Source of the DNA: Candidatus Zixiibacteriota bacterium
Lineage (GTDB): Bacteria; Zixibacteria; MSB-5A5; UBA10806; 4484-95
Direction: 5' to 3'
Length of the DNA: 30,289 nt
Assembly (NCBI GenBank): GCA_029932605.1
Contig: JAOZPT010000028.1
Span: forward strand, 1 to 30,289
Shown: one piece after another, positions 1 through 10,445 of the stretch
How positions within the stretch are numbered: the stretch's first letter is position 1
How the letters are laid out: every line of letters begins with the position of its first letter
Program-made: the position numbers and the translations under genes
Notes under the pieces: generated by a model
What the model saw: only the letters and a program-made list of their open reading frames with translations
The model's database searches: none
What the model was told of the DNA's origin: nothing

Positions 1-81
1 AACTAAAATGGATACGCCAAATGAAAAAATCTTACACACAAATCTTGACATTACCTGAGGAAATTCCAAGTTATTTTTATC

Positions 82-110
82 TTGACATTTGGTCGATATT
101 ATTGTATAAG
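82..110 (+). promoter_or_regulatory. sigma-70-type promoter for the riboswitch-btuB operon
   Basis: TTGACA (82-87), 17-bp spacer, TATAAG (105-110), just upstream of the riboswitch. Confidence 0.7.
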
Positions 111-126
111 AATATACAAGTAAATA

Positions 127-281
127 GCGGTCTGGTGCCTTTTATGGTTAAAAGGGAAGGCGGTGAGAGGCCGCCACAGCCCCGCTACTGTAAACGGTTA
201 TTTTCGGCCTTATGCCACTGTCTTGTATGGGAAGGCATAAGATAATTTATCGACCGTAAGTCAGGAAACCTGCCATACCGC
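127..281 (+). ncRNA. cobalamin (B12) riboswitch
   Basis: Conserved elements in order: GGTGC..TAAAAGGGAA, GGCGGTGAGAGGCCGCC hairpin, CAGCCCCGCTACTGTAA, GCCACTG..TGGGAAGG, and B12 box AAGTCAGGAAACCTGCC. P1 pairs GCGGTCTGG (127-135) with CCATACCGC (273-281). Upstream of a TonB-dependent receptor. Confidence 0.95.
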
Positions 282-316
282 AAGCCTTTAACGAGACCTT
301 CGAGGGGAGGTTGGCT

Positions 317-2515
317 ATGAGCCCTCAATTTTTCCTCCGGAAGTCCCGGAGTTTTTTAATTCTAACTTTTACGTTAAGTATTTGCTTTTTGACAATAGTA
401 TATTCATATGGCCAGACTGCTCTCAAAATATATGGTCAGGTGATAAACCAATACGGCCCTGTAGGGAATGTCGTAGTGAAAGTTGATAATACTGTTTTTC
501 ACACCGTTACCGACCAGAGCGGTTATTACTATATTTTTGATGTTCCACCTGGGAATTACAAACTGTCGTGTCATTTTGGTGAAATACAGGTTACTACCGG
601 TGATTATGTGGTTGTGGGAGATGGCCCGGCTGTAAGGCGTGATATTTACTTTGAGAAAAACATCATAAATATCGCACCTATTTATGTTGAGGCTGTTCCC
701 CAAGCCGAAGTATTAGAATCAGGTTTTGAGGTTAAGGTTTACCCTGTTCGGAGAAAGGGAATTAATGAAATCAAGGAGCTGTTGCATGAAATCCCGGGTT
801 TAAATCTGATGATATCTCCTGCCACATCCGAGATATTTATCTCTACCGGAGGGATAAGACCAGAGGGTGTAAATGTCCTTGTTGATGGCCGCAAAATAAA
901 TTCGCTCCTAACCGGCAGGGCAGACCTAAGCCAGATTCCGCTTAATGCAATTAAGAGCATAGAATACTATTCTCCCGGTTTAACCTCAAATGCGTCAGAA
1001 GGTGGACTTGGAGGTACAGTCAATATTGTTACTGTTGACAACAGAAATCAGGATTTTTTGCATGTGTCTTTTTCGAGGGGTGATTATGATTTGGAAAACT
1101 ATGAAGCCGGTTTTGGTTTTATCAGGCCTGATTTGGGTAATATAAAGATAACATGGGAAAACGGCTTTTCGAGAAACGATTATAAATATACTGACTTGTT
1201 CGGTCGTTCAAGAGTTAGAGAGAATGCTTATTGTAGGTATGAAAAGTATTACATATCGTACTCAAATATAATTCTTGGAAATTATATTAGCGTTTCCGGT
1301 TTTGGTTATAGTGGTCATAGCGGTGTTCCCGGGCAGACAATTATGCCCTCAAAGGAAGCTCAATCTATAAAGGAGACGATCTCTATTGGCAGTGAATTGT
1401 CGCGAAAGTTTAGCAACATACATAGAATTGGGATAATGTTATCCTATCTGAAAAGGGATACCGAATATAACGACACCAGTATGTTTATTCCTTATGATAA
1501 TAAGTATATTGAAAAAGAGGCATCTCTTACTTTAAGAGGAAATTTATCGGCTTCCAGGAAACTGAACATCGATTTAAAGGCATGTTTCACAAGCGGTTTC
1601 CTCAAGGGGATTGATCATATACGGCCGCTTTATTCGCTTGGCGAGGTGAAGCGGGAGGTTTATAAGCTTTATGGTGGGGCTCGCTATCATCGTGATATAG
1701 GGAAAGTCTCTTTCTCGACTGGTATTTCACAGGCCTGGGATTTCATTGACGGCACCAGCTACCCATCGATGTCGGCAACTGCTACCGTCACTTGTAAGAA
1801 CCTAACTTTGAGTTCTCTCAAGTTTACAGTGGGGTCGACTTTAGCATATGCAAAGACCTTCCGCCTTCCGGGACTGGCAGAGCTCCACTGGAAAGAGGAT
1901 GTATTCGTTACGCCTAACCCGGACTTGAATCCGGAAAAATCCCGTTCAGTTTCCTCAGAGATTTTCTTCAGGTATCAGCTATTTGGCAATTGGCGCTTAT
2001 CTATTGGATACCGTGATATTCGTTATAAGGATTTGATTTACTGGCGACGTTCCCAGGGGATTAAGTATAAGCCGGTAAACGTATCCTCCTCGGATTATTT
2101 TGGCACCACTGTCTCAATCTCATATAAGTCACCGGCTGACATTATAGATATCGATTTTTCAAGGGTGAAATCAGCTGCTTTGAACAAGGAAAAGGGGCAG
2201 CCTTATTATGGAAAATATATAACTTTCCAGCCCCCTTATACCAACCGGTTGACAATCGCAATAAATTATCGTGGCTTTTACGCCAAGTCCAGTATGATTG
2301 ACAGCGGTCACCGGTATTTCCTTGAGGAGAACACGAAAAGGCTTAATGCATATACTTTAGTTGATTTCAGGGTTGGTTTTGATGTTACATGTAAGAAGAT
2401 TACCACTAACCTGGAGTTCAAAATTGAAAATGTAACCGATACCAGGTACGAACTTCTGGAATATCAGCCAATGCCCCCGCGTGTCTATAATTTGGGTCTA
2501 ACCTTAAAAATCTGA
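317..2515 (+). CDS. TonB-dependent receptor, BtuB-like cobalamin importer with an N-terminal carboxypeptidase-regulatory-like domain
   Basis: Signal peptide; TDQSGYY..VPPGNYKL N-domain; plug motifs (IPGL, VLVDGRKIN, DLSQIPLNAIKSIE, GGTVNIVT); NPDLNPEKS; C-terminal barrel strand (PPRVYNLGLTLKI); B12 riboswitch upstream. Start set at ATG 317 (SD GGGAGG 305-310); the ORF track uses TTG 311. Confidence 0.88.
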   Translation: MSPQFFLRKSRSFLILTFTLSICFLTIVYSYGQTALKIYGQVINQYGPVGNVVVKVDNTVFHTVTDQSGYYYIFDVPPGNYKLSCHFGEIQVTTGDYVVVGDGPAVRRDIYFEKNIINIAPIYVEAVPQAEVLESGFEVKVYPVRRKGINEIKELLHEIPGLNLMISPATSEIFISTGGIRPEGVNVLVDGRKINSLLTGRADLSQIPLNAIKSIEYYSPGLTSNASEGGLGGTVNIVTVDNRNQDFLHVSFSRGDYDLENYEAGFGFIRPDLGNIKITWENGFSRNDYKYTDLFGRSRVRENAYCRYEKYYISYSNIILGNYISVSGFGYSGHSGVPGQTIMPSKEAQSIKETISIGSELSRKFSNIHRIGIMLSYLKRDTEYNDTSMFIPYDNKYIEKEASLTLRGNLSASRKLNIDLKACFTSGFLKGIDHIRPLYSLGEVKREVYKLYGGARYHRDIGKVSFSTGISQAWDFIDGTSYPSMSATATVTCKNLTLSSLKFTVGSTLAYAKTFRLPGLAELHWKEDVFVTPNPDLNPEKSRSVSSEIFFRYQLFGNWRLSIGYRDIRYKDLIYWRRSQGIKYKPVNVSSSDYFGTTVSISYKSPADIIDIDFSRVKSAALNKEKGQPYYGKYITFQPPYTNRLTIAINYRGFYAKSSMIDSGHRYFLEENTKRLNAYTLVDFRVGFDVTCKKITTNLEFKIENVTDTRYELLEYQPMPPRVYNLGLTLKI

Positions 2516-2526
2516 AGGAGGTTGTT

Positions 2527-3825
2527 ATGAAAAGATCAATTGTGGCAAGTTTAATTATCTTATTTTTTTCTGTTTCTCTTTTTGCGCAGGCCTATGTTTA
2601 TGTTCTTAATGGCCTTGCCGAGACACTTTCAGTTATAAACATCGAAACAGGAGAGATTGAAAACCATGTTGTTACCTTGGGAGCTGTCCCCAACCAGGTG
2701 GTTTATTATGATGGTTTACTGTATGTGGTCAATTCGGGTTCAGCCAGCCTTCAGGTGATAGATCCAATTAGCTATAGCACATTGGCAAATATTCCGCTTG
2801 AGTTAAATAGCAATCCCTGGAATGTTGCTTTCATCGGTGATTATGCTTATGTAACTGGTTTCGCAACCGCCAGTGTTTATAAAGTGGATTTGGAATCAGG
2901 TTCCGTTGAAAATACATTTAGTGTGGGGCAGGCGCCTGCCGGTATAGTTGCCTATAATGATAGATTGTATGTCGCCAACACCGGTTTTAACCCTGATGAT
3001 TACACTTATGGCCAAGGAACGATTACTATATTGAATCCCCAGAACGGTGACCATTTTGCGGATGTGGATGTTGGTAAAAACCCCCAGACGTTGGCCGTTG
3101 GTCCTGGCCAGATGATAAATGTCGTTTGCACTGGAAATTATTTTTCAATAAGGGGTATAATTTATTTCCTTGAGGCGACAAGTCATTCGGTGATTGATTC
3201 TCTGCCCATTGGTGGTGATCCCTATTGGCCAGTCATGAACTCGTCAGGCGTCTGTTTTGTCACAGCTGGAGGCTGGTCCGATGATGGTTTTGTTTTTTGC
3301 TATGATGCCGTATCTCGAACAGTTATTCGGGATGAGGATAACCCTATCAGAGTCGGGACTGGAGCAATGGGGCTGGCGATCGATTCATTAGGGATGCTCT
3401 ACAGCACTGGATTGATTGCCAATTCCGTAACGGAGTTTGACGACCAGGGAACAGTTCAGGTGACCTATCCGGTTGGAAGCGGGCCGCTATCGTTAACCAT
3501 ATCGGATAGCCGAACTTATATTGGAGATGACGTGGTCGTAATCCCAGATAATGTAAGGCTGGGGAAACCATATCCAAATCCGTTTAATGAATCGGTGGTT
3601 TTGCCTTTGATTGGTGATGTAGATAAGTTAATTGACATAGTGGTTGAGATTTACGATGTTAATGGTAGGTATGTCTGTGGGTTAAACCTGCGTCAAAAAC
3701 AATCGATAAATCGATATATAAGGTGGAATGGTGTAAGTTATGCTGGTAAAGGTGTCTCCTCGGGGGTCTATTTTGCCCGTTTGAGGGGAACAAATCAGGT
3801 AGCCAGGATGGTTCTTATAAAATAA
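2527..3825 (+). CDS. YncE/BtuG-like beta-propeller with C-terminal T9SS-type/FlgD-Ig sorting domain
   Basis: Signal peptide (SLFA|QA); repeated YVxN/VGxxP propeller blades; C-terminal [33 protein letters not shown]; 11 bp after the receptor gene. Confidence 0.8.
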   Translation: MKRSIVASLIILFFSVSLFAQAYVYVLNGLAETLSVINIETGEIENHVVTLGAVPNQVVYYDGLLYVVNSGSASLQVIDPISYSTLANIPLELNSNPWNVAFIGDYAYVTGFATASVYKVDLESGSVENTFSVGQAPAGIVAYNDRLYVANTGFNPDDYTYGQGTITILNPQNGDHFADVDVGKNPQTLAVGPGQMINVVCTGNYFSIRGIIYFLEATSHSVIDSLPIGGDPYWPVMNSSGVCFVTAGGWSDDGFVFCYDAVSRTVIRDEDNPIRVGTGAMGLAIDSLGMLYSTGLIANSVTEFDDQGTVQVTYPVGSGPLSLTISDSRTYIGDDVVVIPDNVRLGKPYPNPFNESVVLPLIGDVDKLIDIVVEIYDVNGRYVCGLNLRQKQSINRYIRWNGVSYAGKGVSSGVYFARLRGTNQVARMVLIK

Positions 3826-3832
3826 ATTATTC

Positions 3833-3860
3833 TTGCATGAGCAATGTTAATGTGTATATT
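3833..3860 (+). promoter_or_regulatory. possible promoter for the rpmE operon
   Basis: TTGCAT, 16-bp spacer, TATATT, about 20 bp before the rpmE ATG. Confidence 0.35.
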
Positions 3861-3878
3861 TATGTAGCAGGAGGAAAG

Positions 3879-4082
3879 ATGAAAGATAAGATACATCCTA
3901 AGTATTATAAGACAAAAATCACCTGTGCCTGTGGTAATGTAATTGAGACTCGCTCTACCGTTAAAGACATTACGGTGGAGATATGTTCAAAATGCCACCC
4001 CTTTTTCACGGGCAAACAGAAACTGGTTGATTCAGCCGGTCGGGTGGACAGATATAAAAAGAGATACGGGCAAAAGAAGTAG
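3879..4082 (+). CDS. rpmE: 50S ribosomal protein L31 (Zn-binding type)
   Basis: [44 protein letters not shown] before ATG 3879. Confidence 0.97.
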   Translation: MKDKIHPKYYKTKITCACGNVIETRSTVKDITVEICSKCHPFFTGKQKLVDSAGRVDRYKKRYGQKK

Positions 4083-4145
4083 GCTTTTTACAGCGGCATT
4101 TCAATCTTTTTCGAGGGTGTCACTATTTTTATTTCTGGAGAAATT

Positions 4146-5126
4146 TTGAATTTTTTAACTGCGTCATTATCTTACGCCTTTTTAGGTGTTGATAAAAATG
4201 TTGGTGGCCAAGCTGTCATCGAGGGGGTGATGATGCGTTCCCCGGTGAAGGTTTCGACTTCGGTAAGACGTCCTTCCGGAGAGATAATAACCCGCACCGA
4301 ACCTTATCTATCGCTTACAAAAAGGCACAAGCTTCTGGGAATTCCTATAATCAGGGGAATAATATCCTTTTTTGAGATGCTGGTTTTAGGAATTAAAACT
4401 TTAAATTATTCTGCTGAGATGGCGGTTACCGATGTTTCTATTGACCAGAAGATCGCCGGCCCGGCTTCCCGGAAGATGAGTGTTACTCTGGCTGTGACAG
4501 TTGTCATATCACTAGCGTTGGCGATAGGGCTATTTTTCTTTTTGCCCATATTATTTGCCCAGCTTATTAACATCCATCGTGAAGCGTTAATGTTTAATCT
4601 TGTTGCAGGTATATTCAGGGTAATGATTTTTTTAGCTTATGTTATGGCTATGTCAAGTCTAAAAGACATACAAAGAATATTCGCGTATCATGGGGCTGAG
4701 CATAAATCGATTTTCGCTTTTGAGGCGGATCTTCCGCTCACAGTAGAAAACGCTGCCAGATTCGTCACCCTCCATCCTCGTTGTGGTACAAGTTTTATTA
4801 TAATAGTGGCGCTCTTAGCCATTTTGGTGTATTCGATATCAGACACTTTTTTGGCAATGATTTTAGGTCATCAACCTGCTATTTTGCAGAGGTTTGCTCT
4901 TCACTTTTCGCTTTTACCTTTAGTGGCAGGAGTTTCTTACGAGCTCTTAAAAATTTCCGGCAAAACACGCAATAACCTTTTGACAAGAATACTTATCGCC
5001 CCCGGGTTATGGCTTCAGAGAATAACAACTCGTGAACCTGACACCGACCAGCTTGAGGTGGCTTTGACCGCTTTAAAATCGTCTATTGAGGGAACCAACC
5101 TCTCTACTCGGTTTGTCGGGGTGTAA
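4146..5126 (+). CDS. DUF1385 family membrane protein
   Basis: [40 protein letters not shown] motifs; usual rpmE/prfA context; start uncertain. Confidence 0.9.
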   Translation: MNFLTASLSYAFLGVDKNVGGQAVIEGVMMRSPVKVSTSVRRPSGEIITRTEPYLSLTKRHKLLGIPIIRGIISFFEMLVLGIKTLNYSAEMAVTDVSIDQKIAGPASRKMSVTLAVTVVISLALAIGLFFFLPILFAQLINIHREALMFNLVAGIFRVMIFLAYVMAMSSLKDIQRIFAYHGAEHKSIFAFEADLPLTVENAARFVTLHPRCGTSFIIIVALLAILVYSISDTFLAMILGHQPAILQRFALHFSLLPLVAGVSYELLKISGKTRNNLLTRILIAPGLWLQRITTREPDTDQLEVALTALKSSIEGTNLSTRFVGV

Positions 5127-5128
5127 TT

Positions 5129-6226
5129 ATGAAATTCTCTATTATTAACCTTTTAGAGCCTTTAAAAAAACGTCTTAAAGAACTTGATGAAGAGCTTACT
5201 GACACCAAGGTTTTGGCCGACCAGAAGTTTTATAAAAAGATCGCCAAAGAACGTTCTGATGTTGAAGAAACTGTAAACAAAGGTGAGGAATATAGCAGAC
5301 TGTTAAAAAGTATCGAGGATAATGAGCAGTTGATAAAAGAGGATCCGGATAGTGAATTAGCCCAGCTTGCTCATGAGGAGTTGGAAGGATTAATGGCCAA
5401 GAAACAGAAACTGGAAAAAGAACTTGAGTTGAGATTGATACCCAAAGATCCTGATGATTCCAAGAATGTAATTATGGAGATAAGAGCTGGCACTGGAGGT
5501 GAGGAGGCAGCTCTGTTTGTGGCTGACCTTTTTAGGATGTATTCCCGGTTCGCTGAACAGAGAGGTTGGCATGTTGATGTTATGAACTCCAACATAACCG
5601 GTGTGGGAGGATTCAAGGAGATTATTTTTTCGATTGAGGGTGATGGTATCTTTGGCGATTTGAAGTTTGAATCAGGTGTTCACCGGGTTCAACGGGTGCC
5701 GGCTACTGAGGCCTCAGGAAGATTGCATACTTCAGCAGCTTCAGTGGTGGTTCTTCCCGAAGCTGAGGATGTTGAGTTGAATATTGATCCGCTTGATTTG
5801 AGAATCGATGTTTTCAGAGCTTCGGGGCCGGGAGGACAACATGTGAATACCACCGATTCGGCGGTGAGGATTACCCATATACCTACTAATACCGTTGTTA
5901 CGTGCCAGGATGAAAAATCTCAACATAAGAATAAGACCAAAGCATTAAAGGTCTTGAGGGCACGCCTTTTGGATAAGCTTAACGCCCAAAAAAATGAACA
6001 GATATCTAAAACACGTAAATCTATGGTTGGATCAGGTGATCGCTCGGAGAAGATTAGAACCTATAATTTTCCACAAAACAGGGTAACCGACCACCGCATA
6101 GGTTTAACTCTTTATGACCTTGAGAACATTATTAACGGTAAACTTGATGAATTGATTGCCGGAGCGAAGAAATCCGCTTTTGAAAAAAAGATTAAGATGG
6201 TTAAGGAGAACCAGACTAAGGTTTAA
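5129..6226 (+). CDS. prfA: peptide chain release factor 1
   Basis: [22 protein letters not shown] (RF1 PxT motif), [22 protein letters not shown]. Confidence 0.97.
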   Translation: MKFSIINLLEPLKKRLKELDEELTDTKVLADQKFYKKIAKERSDVEETVNKGEEYSRLLKSIEDNEQLIKEDPDSELAQLAHEELEGLMAKKQKLEKELELRLIPKDPDDSKNVIMEIRAGTGGEEAALFVADLFRMYSRFAEQRGWHVDVMNSNITGVGGFKEIIFSIEGDGIFGDLKFESGVHRVQRVPATEASGRLHTSAASVVVLPEAEDVELNIDPLDLRIDVFRASGPGGQHVNTTDSAVRITHIPTNTVVTCQDEKSQHKNKTKALKVLRARLLDKLNAQKNEQISKTRKSMVGSGDRSEKIRTYNFPQNRVTDHRIGLTLYDLENIINGKLDELIAGAKKSAFEKKIKMVKENQTKV

Positions 6227-7065
6227 TGATATTTTTAAAGACCCCTTTCTTTAGAATTGTCTCTGCTCTTCTTTTGACTGTTTTACTATCGGGCATATCA
6301 AAAAAACTTTCAACTCGAAATCCAAAAGATATTCGTTTCAAACAGGGTGATATTATTGTTGAACATACTACGGTTACCGAGGTCAAACCGGATCTCATTG
6401 CCACAGTCAGGTTAAAATTAACCGGTTGTGATTCGGCGAATATTAACGGTTTTCTATATTATAATTTTTTGGGCGGAGAAGAGCGAAAAATCGCTATGGA
6501 ATATTCCGGTGATGGATATTTTTCAGCGATTTTACCTCGGGGGCATATAGGTGATAGATTGTTTTACCGTATCGAGCTTACCGATGAACGTTCTGTTCTG
6601 GCAAAAATTCCTCAGAATGGCCGGAAAGGGTTTTTGGTCAAGTATAAAGGCAATATCTCACCATATGTTTTGATTCCTCATATAATTTTAATTTTCGCCT
6701 CACTGTTCATTGCTTTTTTAACATTTTTCTATGGCGTGAAAATACTCAAAGGCGATGATTGCGTAAAGCAGGCGGCTGTTTTAGTATTGCTGACATTTCT
6801 GTTCTCTTTAATAGGGGGTATATTAATAGGGGTTGAGGTTACCCGGCAGACGTTCAACGAGGGTTGGGGAGGTTATCCCATAGGTCGTGATGTTACCGAT
6901 ACTAAAACGGAGATTTTCGTATTTTTCTGGCTGGTAACGTTGATTTTTGGGTGGAATGCTTTAAGAGGTAAACAAATGATAATTTCAGATAAAACTTTTG
7001 GGATTTTAATAGTTGCAAGTTTTTCAATAAATTTACTTGCATTTTTAATTCCTCATTCCCTTTAA
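6226..7065 (+). CDS. hypothetical membrane protein (N-terminal anchor, soluble domain, about 4 C-terminal TM helices)
   Basis: 279-aa ORF overlapping the prfA stop (TAATG); hydrophobic segments flank a WGGYPIGRDVTDTKT loop. Confidence 0.75.
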   Translation: MIFLKTPFFRIVSALLLTVLLSGISKKLSTRNPKDIRFKQGDIIVEHTTVTEVKPDLIATVRLKLTGCDSANINGFLYYNFLGGEERKIAMEYSGDGYFSAILPRGHIGDRLFYRIELTDERSVLAKIPQNGRKGFLVKYKGNISPYVLIPHIILIFASLFIAFLTFFYGVKILKGDDCVKQAAVLVLLTFLFSLIGGILIGVEVTRQTFNEGWGGYPIGRDVTDTKTEIFVFFWLVTLIFGWNALRGKQMIISDKTFGILIVASFSINLLAFLIPHSL

Positions 7066-7072
7066 TACATAT

Positions 7073-8518
7073 ATGGATGATGTGAAGAAAGCGGGCATGA
7101 TAGCCCTTGAAAAAGCTGTCAGTGCAGGGGCCAGCTATGCCGATTTCCGCTATACTTACACCGAGTCAGAATCGCTTTCCTATAATAATGGTGCACCAGA
7201 GAGTGTTGATGAAAGTCTTGATAAAGGATTTGGTGTTAGGGTTATTGCTGATGGTGCCTGGGGTTTTTGCAGTTCTGCTGATGTTACTGAGAATGAAATA
7301 ATTCGAGTTGCTGAAAAAGCTGTTGAGATAGCTAAAGCTTCAGCAATTTTACAAACAAAACCGGTGGAATTGGCTCCTATTGAAATATACACCGACTCGT
7401 ATATATCAAGCTTTAATGTTGACCCTTTTAAAATTTCCACGGCTGAGAAACTTCAGTATCTGGCATACCTTGACGAGTTAATGTCCCAAAATGAGGGTAT
7501 TAAATACCGTAACAGCTTTCTTGATTTCCGCAAGATCAATAAAAACCTCCTTAGTACCGAGGGTTTAGATATCCATCAGCTTATCGTTCAGAGCGGTGCT
7601 GGAGTTAGTGTAACCGCCATGAGATCTCACCGTGAACGCGCCAGAAGGAGTTACCCGGCCAATGAGGGGATTTTTGAATGCAAGGGTTATGAGCTTTTAG
7701 ATGAGGTCGATTTCGAGAATAATATACCGATAATTTGCCAGGAGGCGGTGGCTCTTTTGGAGGCTGAACCCTGTCCAAGTAAAACTTGCGATATAGTGTT
7801 GGATGGTTCGCATGTATCTCTTGTTATCCATGAATCAATAGGCCATGCCCTCGAGCTTGACCGTGTATTCGGTGGTGAACGCAATTTCTCCGGTACAAGT
7901 TTTGCCACGCCGGAAAAACTGGACAATTTTAAATATGCATCGGACATCGTCAGTGTTGTTGCCGATGCAACCTCACCACATGGGCTGGGCAGTTTTGGTT
8001 ACGATGATGACGGGGTTAAAGCGCATGAGTCAGATTTGATAAGAGAGGGCATTTTGGTAGGCTATCTTTCATCAAGGGAAACTGCCAAGCGTATAGGTAA
8101 ATTATCTTCCGGGGCTATGCGGGCTGATGGCTGGGGTAATGTCCCGATTGTTCGGATGACCAATACTAACCTCAAACCGGGCAACTTGACCTTGGATGAG
8201 CTCATATCGGGGGTTGATGATGGGCTCTATATGCAAACTACATCATCGTGGTCGATTGACGATACCCGTGAGAATTTCCAGTTCGGTTGCCAGATAGCCT
8301 GGGAGATAAAAGGTGGTAAGCTAGGGAAGATGATTAAGAATCCAACCTATGGAGGAAACACTGTCTCATTCTGGAATTCCTGTGATGGTATAGGCAATCG
8401 ATCTTTATGGAGAGTTTGGGGCACACCTAACTGTGGTAAGGGGCAACCTGGTCAAAATGGTCGTGTGGGGCAGGGGGCAGCACCGGTGAGGATCAGGAAT
8501 GTGAAGGTTGGTTTCTGA
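7073..8518 (+). CDS. tldD: TldD family metalloprotease subunit (copy 1, no signal peptide)
   Basis: GFGVRVIADGAWGF, HESIGH metal motif, YDDDGV, PIVRMTNTNL, CGKGQP. Confidence 0.92.
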   Translation: MDDVKKAGMIALEKAVSAGASYADFRYTYTESESLSYNNGAPESVDESLDKGFGVRVIADGAWGFCSSADVTENEIIRVAEKAVEIAKASAILQTKPVELAPIEIYTDSYISSFNVDPFKISTAEKLQYLAYLDELMSQNEGIKYRNSFLDFRKINKNLLSTEGLDIHQLIVQSGAGVSVTAMRSHRERARRSYPANEGIFECKGYELLDEVDFENNIPIICQEAVALLEAEPCPSKTCDIVLDGSHVSLVIHESIGHALELDRVFGGERNFSGTSFATPEKLDNFKYASDIVSVVADATSPHGLGSFGYDDDGVKAHESDLIREGILVGYLSSRETAKRIGKLSSGAMRADGWGNVPIVRMTNTNLKPGNLTLDELISGVDDGLYMQTTSSWSIDDTRENFQFGCQIAWEIKGGKLGKMIKNPTYGGNTVSFWNSCDGIGNRSLWRVWGTPNCGKGQPGQNGRVGQGAAPVRIRNVKVGF

Positions 8519-9843
8519 TGAGCCGGATAATCGATATATTTGAACAAAGTTTAAAAAAGTCCACAGCCGACCAGACCGAGCTGGTTTGTGAAAAAGAGGA
8601 ATTTTATCTTACTCGTTTTGCTGAAAGCCGAATTCACCAGAACATCGGCAGAGCGGACCATACGCTTTGGTGCCGAGCTGTTATTGGAAAGAAGATAGGC
8701 GTTGCCAAGACTAATATCCTCTCGCAGGAGTCTATAAATGAACTTGTGAAAACAGCCATAGAAATTTGTTCTCAGCAGGTTGAGAATCCGCGATTCACAT
8801 CATTGGTAAGCTCGCCTAAGGCTCAACAGACAGAAGGTTTTTATAAATCGACTGCTGAGTATTCCCCGCTTAATAGAGCTAAAGCTGTAAAGACAATTGT
8901 TGATATAGCCGGCCAAGATAAGCTGGCTACAAGTGGTATGTTTCAGACTTCTACAACCGAGCTTGTGGTTGCCAATTCACTTGGCACCCGTCAACAGGGG
9001 AAAGTCACCGAGGCGAAAATATCGATTACTTTAAGCGACAATTCCGACCGCTCGGGATTTGCCCAGGCTTATTCAAGGGATATAAAAGATATTGATTTTA
9101 GGGATGTTGCCAATCGTGGTGTGCAAAAAGCATCCAGGCCGAATAAACAAGTCGAACTTCAACCAGGAACATACACTGTGATACTTGAACCTGAAGCGGT
9201 AGCTGATTTTTTACTGTTTTTGGGATTTCTTGGTTTCGGAGGTAGGGGGATGTTTAACCACAGAAGTTTTATGGCAGATAAAATTGGCTCTGCAATTATG
9301 AGTGAGAATGTTACAATCGCTGAAGACCCTATTAATCCGGTTATTCAATATATGAGTTTTGACTATGAGGGGGTTCCCCGCAGTAAGGTTGTGATTGTGG
9401 AAAAAGGAATTGCTAAGGGTGTTGTTTATGATAGCTACTATGCACACTTAAACAATGTTCAATCGACCGGTAACGCTCTTCAGCCTGATAATAGCTATGG
9501 TCCTTATCCCAAGGCAATGGTTATGGATGCAGGTGATAAATCCCTTGATGAAATGATTGCCTCAACCGGGCGTGGAATATTGATTACGCATTTCTGGTAT
9601 CTAAACTTCATCAATCCCATGCTTACCACTGTAACTGGCACAACCCGCGATGGAACTTTTTTAATTGAGAATGGGAAAATAACTGCTCCTGTAACCGATA
9701 TGAGAATATCTCAATCGATGCTTGAGGCTTTTAATAACGTCGAAGCTCTTTCGAAACAACGTCGGTTGGTTCCCAAGTTTGGTGTTTTGATGTATGTTCC
9801 GGCGATGAAAATTGACAATTTTAATTTTGTTTCTTTAGCGTGA
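8518..9843 (+). CDS. TldE/PmbA family subunit (copy 1)
   Basis: TRFAESRIHQN, PGTYTVILEPEAV, FDYEGVP, TGTTRDGTFLIENGKI; no HExxxH; TGATG overlap with tldD. Confidence 0.88.
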   Translation: MSRIIDIFEQSLKKSTADQTELVCEKEEFYLTRFAESRIHQNIGRADHTLWCRAVIGKKIGVAKTNILSQESINELVKTAIEICSQQVENPRFTSLVSSPKAQQTEGFYKSTAEYSPLNRAKAVKTIVDIAGQDKLATSGMFQTSTTELVVANSLGTRQQGKVTEAKISITLSDNSDRSGFAQAYSRDIKDIDFRDVANRGVQKASRPNKQVELQPGTYTVILEPEAVADFLLFLGFLGFGGRGMFNHRSFMADKIGSAIMSENVTIAEDPINPVIQYMSFDYEGVPRSKVVIVEKGIAKGVVYDSYYAHLNNVQSTGNALQPDNSYGPYPKAMVMDAGDKSLDEMIASTGRGILITHFWYLNFINPMLTTVTGTTRDGTFLIENGKITAPVTDMRISQSMLEAFNNVEALSKQRRLVPKFGVLMYVPAMKIDNFNFVSLA

Positions 9844-10445
9844 ATATTCGTTTTTTATTAATAATGATTTTATTGTCGACATCCATGGTTTCTGCCGAGC
9901 AGAAAAGCGATTTGGCGTCGCCCGAAAGGATTACCGCCCGTTTGGGAGTATTGTATATTCCTGTTGGTGCAATTAAATTTATACCTCCTGATACCGAAAA
10001 CGATTTTTATGATAATTTTGCTTTCAGGATTTCGGCAGAATATTTCATCTCCGGATTCTTTTCGCTTGGTCCAGGGATTGAATATCTTATTAAACATGTA
10101 GAACCGGAACAGGGTTATCCATTTGAAGCCGATATCAAACTTTACAATTTTTATTTTGACTGCCGATATGGTTATCCTTTGACGGATTCGGAAACAAACT
10201 ATCTCGTTATGGGTATGGGTTCCGGCATAGGGAATTTGCAGGAATCTATGGAATTAGGTGATGCCCGGGGAACAGGTTTTTGTCTTTATGGTCTGTTTGG
10301 TTTTGATATAGCTTTATCCAATGATATCGGTTTGGATATTTTATATAGGTATCAGACAATCAGGATAACGATCGATGGTGAACGGAACTACCGTTTTGAG
10401 GGCTCCGGTCTTCAGGCGGGTTTGAATTACAGGTTTAAGTTTTGA
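9840..10445 (+). CDS. small outer-membrane beta-barrel protein
   Basis: Signal peptide (VSA|E), alternating beta-strand pattern, C-terminal AGLNYRFKF; GTGA overlap with the upstream gene. Confidence 0.78.
   Translation: MNIRFLLIMILLSTSMVSAEQKSDLASPERITARLGVLYIPVGAIKFIPPDTENDFYDNFAFRISAEYFISGFFSLGPGIEYLIKHVEPEQGYPFEADIKLYNFYFDCRYGYPLTDSETNYLVMGMGSGIGNLQESMELGDARGTGFCLYGLFGFDIALSNDIGLDILYRYQTIRITIDGERNYRFEGSGLQAGLNYRFKF

Noticed and set aside
2..58. Open frame TKMDTPNEKILHTNLDIT* as the 3' end of an upstream gene
   Set aside because: Too short to support without upstream sequence
21..245. 74-aa ORF in the track
   Set aside because: Overlaps the promoter and the cobalamin riboswitch; no recognisable protein features
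3837..3878. 14-aa N-terminal extension of L31
   Set aside because: The SD and homology point to ATG 3879
5129..6226. Release factor as prfB with a programmed frameshift
   Set aside because: The PAT motif identifies RF1 and the ORF is continuous
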